Below, piece after piece: positions 56,744 to 64,000 of a stretch of DNA of 64,000 nt. Positions within the stretch are counted from its first letter, which is position 1, and the number at the start of each line of letters is the position of its first letter. Source of the stretch: Salinivirgaceae bacterium (GTDB lineage Bacteria > Bacteroidota > Bacteroidia > Bacteroidales > SZUA-534). A program made the position numbers and the translations under genes. The stretch spans positions 5,984 through 69,983 of the forward strand of contig JAEINW010000001.1 in assembly GCA_016342715.1 (NCBI GenBank). The letters run 5' to 3'. The notes beneath the pieces are model-generated. The model did not search any database. It was not told where the DNA came from and saw only the letters and a list, made by a program, of their open reading frames with translations.

Positions 56744-58342
56744 TTATGCGTTTTGTGCTTTACGAATTTTAATGTCTCGTCGGTTTTTCTGAACACAGAC
56801 CCTTCGTGGAATGATTACAGACACACCATTGTAATTCATTTCATCGCGAATAAGGTTCTTAAGTTCTTCGTGATTTTTAGGCACAGGAATAATTACATGT
56901 ATATGATTTGGATCTACTCCAATTCCTTTACAAATATCTTCTAGTTTACCAACTGCCGAAGATTCTTGACCTCCAGTCATTGATGTGGATTCATTGTCAG
57001 AAATAATTACAGTTATTGGAGTTTTTTCAATTACTGCATCTAGCAGTCCTGTCATTCCACTATGGGTAAATGTTGAATCACCAATAACAGAAACGGCGGG
57101 TATTAAACCGGCATCGGCAGCACCTTTTGCCATGGTTATAGATGCACCCATATCAACACAAGAATTAATTGATTTATAAGGTTCAAGAGCACCTAAAGTG
57201 TAGCAACCGATATCAGAGAAAACTCTTCCTTGTCCAAATTCCGCAACCACTTCGTTTAATGCTTTATATACATCGTGGTGGCTACAGCCTATACACAATG
57301 CAGGCGGACGGTTTTCAACCAATTCGGGTATATCATCTCCTTTTTGAACTTTCAGACCTAAACACTTTCCAATAATGTCTGGATTTAATTCGCCATCACG
57401 AGGTAAAGTTCCATCCAGTCTTCCGCTTACATTTTCTTTTTCTAAATATCCTTTGATGCTTTCTTCAACAATTGGAAATCCTTCCTCTAACACTAAAATT
57501 GAATCTGTTTCGTTGGTTAGTTGGATGATTTGTTTTCGAGGTAGTGGATACTGACCAACACGTAAAACAGGGAATGGACATCCATTAGGATAATTTTCCA
57601 TTAAATAATTATACGTTATTCCACAAGCAATAATTCCTTTTGATTTGTCGGCTCCATCAAAATATTCGTTGAATTGACTTTCTTCAGAATCTTTTTCAAA
57701 ATTAACTTGATTAGCTAATAGTTTTTTATATTGTTTTCGTGCAATCGAAGGCAATAAAATAAATTGAGTAGGGTCTGAAGGAAGCTTTAAATCATTTTCT
57801 TTTATAACTTCTTTTAATTCAACAATAGATCGGGAATGGGCTAAACGCGTGGTTATTCTTATCATAACAGGAATCCCAAATTTTTCAGATAATTGGAATC
57901 CATAATAGCCCATATTATATGCTTCTTGCTGATTGCTTGGTTCAAGCACCGGAATTTGAGCAAATTTTCCAAAAAATCTTGAATCTTGTTCGTTTTGGCT
58001 CGAATGCATTGAAGGATCGTCAGCTACAGTTACTAACATTCCTCCATTTACTCCGGTAATTGCTGCATTCATAAAGCAGTCGGCAGCTACGTTTAATCCA
58101 ACGTGTTTCATACAAACCATGGAACGTTTGCCAGCATAAGCCATTCCTAAGGCCGATTCCATAGCCGTTTTTTCATTGGCCGACCACATGCTGTGGAGTT
58201 TTTTCTCTTGAGCATATTTATTATGCTGAATGTACTCTGTTATTTCTGTTGATGGAGTTCCAGGATATGCATACACTCCCGACATTCCACCATCAATAGC
58301 ACCTTGTGCGATAGCTTCTACACCAAGTAATACTTTTTGCAT
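56744..58342 (-). CDS. iorA: Indolepyruvate:ferredoxin oxidoreductase subunit alpha
   Basis: ThDP-enzyme blocks (GDSTFTHSG), Cys cluster PPALCIGCSHHD, 532 aa. Confidence 0.9.
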   Translation of the reverse strand: MQKVLLGVEAIAQGAIDGGMSGVYAYPGTPSTEITEYIQHNKYAQEKKLHSMWSANEKTAMESALGMAYAGKRSMVCMKHVGLNVAADCFMNAAITGVNGGMLVTVADDPSMHSSQNEQDSRFFGKFAQIPVLEPSNQQEAYNMGYYGFQLSEKFGIPVMIRITTRLAHSRSIVELKEVIKENDLKLPSDPTQFILLPSIARKQYKKLLANQVNFEKDSEESQFNEYFDGADKSKGIIACGITYNYLMENYPNGCPFPVLRVGQYPLPRKQIIQLTNETDSILVLEEGFPIVEESIKGYLEKENVSGRLDGTLPRDGELNPDIIGKCLGLKVQKGDDIPELVENRPPALCIGCSHHDVYKALNEVVAEFGQGRVFSDIGCYTLGALEPYKSINSCVDMGASITMAKGAADAGLIPAVSVIGDSTFTHSGMTGLLDAVIEKTPITVIISDNESTSMTGGQESSAVGKLEDICKGIGVDPNHIHVIIPVPKNHEELKNLIRDEMNYNGVSVIIPRRVCVQKNRRDIKIRKAQNA

Positions 58343-58630
58343 TTTGTATATTTTAAATGTTTTATTTATAAAGTTGAATAAAATGAAAGATTCCTATTTA
58401 AGGGAATAGCAGAGAAAGTTAGCGATTCTTACAGACCGCCAAATCGTTTTAAAAAGCCAACTTGAATGGCTACAACGAAATAAAAAATTGAAGGGTAGTG
58501 TGTTTTTTTCACTAGATGTCCATTTTTATTTAAAACAAAAGTAATAATTAATAATGTCTTGCAAATAGAACAATATATGTTGTGTGAAACGTTTAAAAGC
58601 AAGTAGCTTATTGCTTAGGTCTTTATCAGC

Positions 58631-59041
58631 TTACGAAATAATTGTTGCTACTATTTTTCTATGGCCTCCATGATTCCTAAATTCGCATAAATATATTCCT
58701 TGCCAGGTTCCTAAATTTAGTTGGTGATTTGTAATTGGAATGCTTAACTCAGCTCCAAATAATGATGATTTTATATGAGCAGGCATGTCATCGCTACCTT
58801 CAAAAATGTGTGTATAAAGCGGATGATTTTCTGGTATAAGTTTGTTAATAAAACTTTCAAAATCGTCACGAACCGAAGGATCGGCATTTTCATTTAGAGT
58901 AAGTGCTGCAGAAGTATGTTTTATCATTAAATGCAATAAACCTGTTTCTGGTAATTCTGGCAGTTGATGTATTATTTTTGATGTTATTAAATGAAAACCC
59001 CTTGAGTAGCCATTTAATTGAAGTTCGACTTGTTTAATCAT
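58631..59041 (-). CDS. yjbQ: YjbQ/UPF0047-family protein (secondary thiamine-phosphate synthase)
   Basis: 136 aa, blocks HTSAALTLNENADP and DMPAHIKSSL. Confidence 0.8.
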   Translation of the reverse strand: MIKQVELQLNGYSRGFHLITSKIIHQLPELPETGLLHLMIKHTSAALTLNENADPSVRDDFESFINKLIPENHPLYTHIFEGSDDMPAHIKSSLFGAELSIPITNHQLNLGTWQGIYLCEFRNHGGHRKIVATIIS

Positions 59042-59193
59042 AGATAAATTTATTCAGAGTGAATTATTTTGTAAAATATCAATTAAATATTAAAAAATAA
59101 TAATTTTAGCTAGGTCTATTCACAATTTTTTGTTCAAATTACAGTTTTCTAAGCAAAGAGACCTTTAGCATTATTTTAAATTAAATAAAAAGG

Positions 59194-59201
59194 TATTTTT
59201 G
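59194..59201 (+). promoter_or_regulatory. Candidate -7 box (TAnnTTTG)
   Basis: TATTTTTG, 35 nt upstream of the GTG start at 59236. Confidence 0.4.
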
Positions 59202-59235
59202 CTTTTAATTATTTAATAACCTACAATATTATACT

Positions 59236-61683
59236 GTGAATAAGACATTATTTCTCTTCCTGATACTTTTACTAGTTACCCTATCAAGTTTTTCGCAAAG
59301 TAGTAGCATTTTTGGAGTAGTCAACGATCAAAATGGTAAGCCTTTGGAATTGGTAAATGTTGCGTTAAAAGGGTTTCCCTTAGGTACTTCAACCAATGAA
59401 AAAGGAGAATATTTATTAAATATTGAGCCAAACATTAAATATGTTGTTTCATTTACAACTTTGGGATATCATGAATATTATGAAAGTGTTTTACTGAAAA
59501 ATGGACAAAAAAAACAAATAAATGCTACTTTAAAAGAAAGCTCTGAGCAAATTGATGAAGTGGACATTGAAGATAAATATGTAAGAAAAACTTCACTTAT
59601 AAGATTAGATCCCAAAATAATGAGTGTTATTCCTGAAGCTTCAGGAAATTTCGAAGCAGTCATAAAAACCTTGCCTGGGGTATCATCTAACAATGAACTA
59701 AGTTCGCAATATAATGTGCGTGGAGGAAATTTTGATGAAAATTTGGTGTATGTAAATGGAATTCAAATTTACCGTCCATTGTTAATTCGTTCGGGACAAC
59801 AAGAGGGAATGAGCTTTATTAATTCTGAAATGGTATCTTCAGTGTTGTTTTCTGCGGGTGGTTTTGATGCAAAATATGGCGATAAATTATCATCGGTTTT
59901 AGATATTCGATATAAAAAGCCAACAGAATTTGCTGCTTCTTTTTCTGCCAGTTTATTAGGAGGATCTTTAACCGTACAAGGCGATTCAAAAGATCATCGT
60001 TTTACTCATATTAGTGGCGTTCGTTATAAATCGACAAAATATGTACTAAATTCTTTAGAAACAGAAGGCGATTATGAACCTAAGTTTTTCGATTTTCAAA
60101 CCTATTTATCGTATGATATTACCGATAAACTTGAAATTGGGTTTTTAGGAAATGTTGCTCAAAACAGTTATAAGTTTATTCCACAAAACCGCAAAACCAA
60201 ATTCGGAACTATTAATGAGGCTCTTGAATTGAACATGTATTTCGATGGTCAGGAAGTGGATGCATTTGATACCTATATGGGAGCTATATCATTTGATTTA
60301 AAGGCTAGTGAAAATTTAAGTTTAAAACTAATTGGTTCCGCTTTTTCTACCAATGAATCGGAAACTTTTGATATTCAATCGCAATATTGGATAAATGAGG
60401 TGGATAAGGATTTAGGTTCTGAAACTCTGGGTGATAGTATAGCAAACCTTGGAGTGGGAACCTATTTGCGTCATGCTAGAAATTATTTATATGCCAATGT
60501 ATATGCATTGGAGCATCAAGGAATGTATTCAAATGATCATAACTTTTTACAATGGGGAGTAAAAGCTCAACAAGAAATAATTGAAGACGACTTAACAGAA
60601 TGGAAAATGGTGGATTCATCGGGTTATACACTACCAAATTCTGATGAAGAAATTCAAATGGCTTATTCGATTAAAGCAAAAAATAAAATTGAAAGTTTTC
60701 GTTATCAGGCTTTCGCTCAAAATACATATTCCATCGATTTTGATTCAAGTGAACTTAGTTTTACTGGCGGTATTCGTTGTGCTTATTGGGATTTTAACGA
60801 TGAATTTACTCTTAGTCCTCGTGGAAATATAGCCTACAAACCCAACTGGGAAAACGATTTTCTTTTCCGGTTTTCAGCAGGTTTTTATTATCAACCTTCT
60901 TTTTATAAAGAGATGCGCGATTTTGATGGAAATATTAATGCAAATATTAAGTCGCAAAAATCTCTTCATTATGTATTAGGAGCCGATTATAATTTCAAAG
61001 CTTGGAATAGACCTTTTAAAATGGTTGCCGAATTATATTATAAGCAGCTTAAAGATATTATTTCGTATTCGGTTGATAATGTGAGAATTTTATATTCTGG
61101 CGTAAATGATGCCGATGGATACGCCGCTGGATTAGATATGAAAGTGAATGGCGAGTTTGTAAAGGGAGTAGACTCTTGGTTTAGTTTATCCGTAATGAAA
61201 ACCGAAGAAGATATTCGTAACGATGACCATTTTGAAACTAATGATAAAGGAGAACAAGTTTGGGTGGAACAAGGATATATACGACGACCTGCGGATCAAA
61301 GAGTTAATGTGGGTATGTTCTTTCAAGATTATTTTCCGAACAGACCCGATTATAAAATGCATTTACAAATTAATTATGGTTCAAAATTAGCTTTTGGTGC
61401 GCCACAAACTCCGCGTTGGACTCATACTGGTGAAATGAAATCGTATCAAAGGGTTGATATTGGCTTTTCAAAAATGTTAAAACGCGCAGATAAAGAGTAC
61501 CATAAAGGACAAATTTTGTATCGGGTAAAGGATGCCTGGCTAAGTTTGGAAGTTTTTAATTTGTTAGATAGAAACAATACCATTTCGCACGAATGGGTAA
61601 CCGACTATCAGGGCAGGCAATATGGGGTTGAAAATAGTATGACTGGAAGACGTTTGAACGTAAAACTATCGGCTAAATTTTAA
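59236..61683 (+). CDS. TonB-dependent-receptor-like outer-membrane beta-barrel with N-terminal CarboxypepD_reg domain
   Basis: Signal peptide, IFGVVNDQNGKPLELVNVALKG domain, plug-like region, C-terminal aromatic residue (…LSAKF). Confidence 0.7.
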   Translation: MNKTLFLFLILLLVTLSSFSQSSSIFGVVNDQNGKPLELVNVALKGFPLGTSTNEKGEYLLNIEPNIKYVVSFTTLGYHEYYESVLLKNGQKKQINATLKESSEQIDEVDIEDKYVRKTSLIRLDPKIMSVIPEASGNFEAVIKTLPGVSSNNELSSQYNVRGGNFDENLVYVNGIQIYRPLLIRSGQQEGMSFINSEMVSSVLFSAGGFDAKYGDKLSSVLDIRYKKPTEFAASFSASLLGGSLTVQGDSKDHRFTHISGVRYKSTKYVLNSLETEGDYEPKFFDFQTYLSYDITDKLEIGFLGNVAQNSYKFIPQNRKTKFGTINEALELNMYFDGQEVDAFDTYMGAISFDLKASENLSLKLIGSAFSTNESETFDIQSQYWINEVDKDLGSETLGDSIANLGVGTYLRHARNYLYANVYALEHQGMYSNDHNFLQWGVKAQQEIIEDDLTEWKMVDSSGYTLPNSDEEIQMAYSIKAKNKIESFRYQAFAQNTYSIDFDSSELSFTGGIRCAYWDFNDEFTLSPRGNIAYKPNWENDFLFRFSAGFYYQPSFYKEMRDFDGNINANIKSQKSLHYVLGADYNFKAWNRPFKMVAELYYKQLKDIISYSVDNVRILYSGVNDADGYAAGLDMKVNGEFVKGVDSWFSLSVMKTEEDIRNDDHFETNDKGEQVWVEQGYIRRPADQRVNVGMFFQDYFPNRPDYKMHLQINYGSKLAFGAPQTPRWTHTGEMKSYQRVDIGFSKMLKRADKEYHKGQILYRVKDAWLSLEVFNLLDRNNTISHEWVTDYQGRQYGVENSMTGRRLNVKLSAKF

Positions 61684-61703
61684 TAGTTTACTTGAAATCG
61701 TTC

Positions 61704-61711
61704 TATATTTG
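61704..61711 (+). promoter_or_regulatory. Candidate -7 box (TAnnTTTG)
   Basis: TATATTTG, 36 nt upstream of the ATG at 61747. Confidence 0.4.
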
Positions 61712-61746
61712 CAACTCATTAACGCAAAAGATTAAATAAAAAATAA

Positions 61747-63789
61747 ATGCAGTTTTTATATCCAAAATTTTTGTGGGCATTGTTGGCAATTGCCATTCCA
61801 ATAATTATTCATTTATTCAACTTCAGAAAGTATAAAACGATTTATTTCAGCAATGTTCAGTTTTTACAGAACATAAAAAAGGAAACCAAATCGAAATCAA
61901 CCCTTAAAAATTTATTGCTGCTCTTATTAAGAGTTCTTGCTATTTGTTTTTTAGTATTTGCTTTTGCAAAACCTTATATTCCGTTAAACAAAAATGCCAA
62001 AACGCTTAAGGATCCATTAGTAGTTGTTTATATTGATAATTCTTTTAGTATGGAAGCTGAAGGGAAATATGGCATGTTACTGGAGAATGCAAAAATGGAT
62101 GCTGTAAAAATATCAGAGAGCTTTCCGTTTAATACAAAATATTTGTTGCTAACAAATAATTTTGAGTTAAAGCATCAACAGACGGTAAATAAAGAGCAGT
62201 TTAACGATTGGGTTTCACAACTTGAATCTACTCATGTTTTACGAACAATTAATGAGGTATTTGATAAAGCAGCTGTCCTAATTTCTGAAGAATACAAAAA
62301 TCATCCCGTACAATACTTTTTGTTATCTGATTTTCAAAAAAGTGTTTTTGATACTCACATACCATTTGTGGCTGAAAATCATAAAGTTTTTACCGTAAAT
62401 ATTGAAAATAACCAAAGCAATAATTTATTTATCGATTCGGTTTGGTTTGAATCGCCTGGTCATTTTAAAGGAAAAAAAGAAAAATTATTTGTTTCAATTA
62501 CAAATGCTTCAAATATTGATTACTCTGAAATTCCTCTAAGTTTTTATATTAATGATACTTTGAAGTCGATGGTTTCATTTAGCGTAGAAGCATTAAAAAA
62601 GCAAAGGGTTCAGGTATCGTTTATTCAATGGCATGCCGGAGCTAATCAGGCAAAAGTTCAAATTGATGATTATCCGGTGAATTTCGATAATGATTATTAC
62701 ATGAATTGGATAATTAAAGAAAAGATGGATGTTCTTTTAGTAAATGACGAAAAATCACCTAAATTTTTTGAAGCACTTTACAACAAGGATGAAAATTTTA
62801 ATTTAACAAAAGTTAAGGTCTTGTCGTTACAATACAATGTCTTTCCCAATTATCCAATAATTATTTTAAACGAGCTTGAGAAAATTTCAAGTGGATTAAG
62901 GGTAGAACTTCAAAAGTATATGAAACAAGGCGGCCAGATTGTTCTAATTCCTTCGGAAAAAGGCAATATTGAGCAATACAATCATTTAATTGAACAGAAT
63001 GCTGGAATTAGATTGTCAGAGTGGCGTGAAGAAAAAGGATCCGTATCAAGAATTGATGAAAAAAATCGTTTGTTTGAAGCAGCCATAAAGAATGATTTGG
63101 AAAAGGTTAAGTTCCCCGATTATAATGGGTTTTTTAAAATGTATTTGTCGAATACTACTCTATCAAATACCCTTATTTTTAATGAAGCTGGCAATTCTAT
63201 TTTTATTCAAATCCCCTTTGGTAAAGGCCAATTGTTTGTATCGGCAGTGCCTATGAATAAGAATATTACCGACTTTGGAACGCATCCTTTATTTGTACCC
63301 TTATTTTACAATCTGGCGCTACATAGCAATACTCAGCAAATTAATTCATATTGGATTCAACCAAGTTTGTTCTTCAAATTAAAAACTTCTTTCGATAATG
63401 ATTTTCCGGTTGAATTAGTTAGTCAGGAAAATGACTTGAATCTTTCGTGCAATAAAGTTTATGAGAATGGTCAATTGCGCCTATATCCTGAGATATCACA
63501 GCTAAAGGCTGGCCATTTTGATATTACTTCCAATCAAAACATGCTACATGGAGTTTCACTAAATTACGACCGTAAAGAATCTATTTTAGACTATTATTCT
63601 GCTTCAGAAATTGAAAGTAAGTTAACATCTATGGGGGTTGAGACTATGGCCAATTTACAGTCGAAAAGCAATTTAATTGAACGAGACATTCAAAAAGAGA
63701 ATAGCAAAAATGAATTGAGTCTACTTATGTTAGGTTTAGCCCTGTTATTTTTGCTAAGTGAAATGCTAGTTATTCGCTTTATGAAATAA
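61747..63789 (+). CDS. BatA_N (aerotolerance regulator N-terminal) domain membrane protein
   Basis: FLYPKFLWALLAIAIPIIIHLFNFRK N-terminus and a C-terminal transmembrane segment, 680 aa. Confidence 0.6.
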   Translation: MQFLYPKFLWALLAIAIPIIIHLFNFRKYKTIYFSNVQFLQNIKKETKSKSTLKNLLLLLLRVLAICFLVFAFAKPYIPLNKNAKTLKDPLVVVYIDNSFSMEAEGKYGMLLENAKMDAVKISESFPFNTKYLLLTNNFELKHQQTVNKEQFNDWVSQLESTHVLRTINEVFDKAAVLISEEYKNHPVQYFLLSDFQKSVFDTHIPFVAENHKVFTVNIENNQSNNLFIDSVWFESPGHFKGKKEKLFVSITNASNIDYSEIPLSFYINDTLKSMVSFSVEALKKQRVQVSFIQWHAGANQAKVQIDDYPVNFDNDYYMNWIIKEKMDVLLVNDEKSPKFFEALYNKDENFNLTKVKVLSLQYNVFPNYPIIILNELEKISSGLRVELQKYMKQGGQIVLIPSEKGNIEQYNHLIEQNAGIRLSEWREEKGSVSRIDEKNRLFEAAIKNDLEKVKFPDYNGFFKMYLSNTTLSNTLIFNEAGNSIFIQIPFGKGQLFVSAVPMNKNITDFGTHPLFVPLFYNLALHSNTQQINSYWIQPSLFFKLKTSFDNDFPVELVSQENDLNLSCNKVYENGQLRLYPEISQLKAGHFDITSNQNMLHGVSLNYDRKESILDYYSASEIESKLTSMGVETMANLQSKSNLIERDIQKENSKNELSLLMLGLALLFLLSEMLVIRFMK

Positions 63790-63793
63790 AAAA

Positions 63794-63818
63794 AACCTGA
63801 ACTTATTGTGCTCAGGTT
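63794..63818. terminator. Probable bidirectional terminator
   Basis: AACCTGA (63794-63800) pairs with TCAGGTT (63812-63818), flanked by an A-run and TTTT between convergent genes. Confidence 0.45.
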
Positions 63819-63840
63819 TTCTAATATTAGGAGTTATTTA

Positions 63841-64000
63841 TTACTCTTCCGTTTTAATTAATTCGGCTTTAGGATAAACTGCTGTTTTAGCAATTATATC
63901 GTGCAAAGCAAGTTTACTCTCACCTAAAACGAAGAAACAACCAATTATTATAATCAATCCAAAAATTGAACCTAAAGTTCCAATAAATGAAATCATGGTT
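63841..64000 (-). CDS. C-terminal fragment of a small membrane protein (RDD-family-like), running off the window edge
   Basis: The minus-strand frame reads ...ISFIGTLGSIFGLIIIIGCFFVLGESKLALHDIIAKTAVYPKAELIKTEE*. The hydrophobic helix followed by LHD..A.T.V resembles RDD-protein C-termini. Confidence 0.35.
   Translation of the reverse strand, partial: TMISFIGTLGSIFGLIIIIGCFFVLGESKLALHDIIAKTAVYPKAELIKTEE

Noticed and set aside
56552-56944. A 130-aa plus-strand ORF across the iorA-iorB spacer and the iorA 3' end.
   Set aside because: It is antisense to iorA and has a Cys/Phe/Leu-rich nonsense-like translation. The other antisense track ORFs were rejected for the same reason: each is embedded in or opposite a longer, motif-supported gene. 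These are 644-841, 3414-3611, 4675-4941, 4865-5074, 5161-5349, 6445-6702, 7053-7241, 7426-7791, 7924-8115, 8693-8920, 9017-9235, 12256-12456, 12809-13149, 13151-13360, 15268-15827, 16080-16268, 17525-17713, 19572-19763, 21854-22042, 22909-23127, 23698-23904, 28385-28666, 36043-36306, 37691-37930, 39426-39722, 40273-40458, 42490-42708, 48487-48705, 50340-50678, 52962-53177, 55060-55575, 56009-56206, 56985-57375, 59478-59693 and 60644-60832.

Overview
This is an AT-rich chromosome segment that looks like Bacteroidota. Supporting evidence is RNase Y, IorAB, an ECF sigma factor, a CarboxypepD_reg-type TonB-dependent receptor, a BatA_N-domain protein, and several TAnnTTTG-type -7 promoter boxes. 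Roughly 1.6-47.1 kb is one long surface-glycan biosynthesis region, almost entirely on the plus strand and built from modules. In order, the modules are: (1) a WbpE/WbpD/WbpB/WbpA-like set for a 2,3-diacetamido-uronic acid, interrupted by a four-helix-bundle cassette; (2) cysC, an SLC13 transporter and cysQ (a PAPS module); (3) a eukaryote-type UDP-glucose dehydrogenase; (4) rfbA-[COG2865 Schlafen/AlbA_2 gene]-rfbC-rfbD-rfbB; (5) a second, ~92% identical copy of the UDP-HexNAc dehydrogenase; (6) a phosphonate module made of a cytidylyltransferase-PEP mutase fusion, phosphonopyruvate decarboxylase, an iron alcohol dehydrogenase and a TagF-family transferase; (7) glycosyltransferases, a TviC-like epimerase, Wzy, Wzx and an 866-aa Wzy_C-like protein with a very large loop; (8) a ~4 kb inserted island carrying Fic, an AAA/DUF4143 ATPase and a second COG2865 gene, marked by a decayed duplicate of the wecA-like 5' end; (9) a second glycan gene set with a WecA-like transferase, a Wzy_C-PglC-type fusion protein, an aminotransferase, a second flippase, GT4, GT2, a FemAB/GNAT-like protein, an O-antigen-ligase-family protein and a convergent Wzz-like gene. 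The remaining ~17 kb is housekeeping: nucleoside phosphorylase, Usp, an SPFH protein, uvrA, an ECF sigma factor, iorAB, yjbQ, a TonB-dependent receptor and a BatA-like protein. I found no rRNA, tRNA, CRISPR array, transposase or integrase. The strongest candidate for something new is the CMP-activated hydroxyethylphosphonate/TagF-type glycan-decoration module. Next are the unusual Wzy_C architectures and the island inserted next to wecA. All functional calls rest on motif and architecture recognition by eye, with no database search run.
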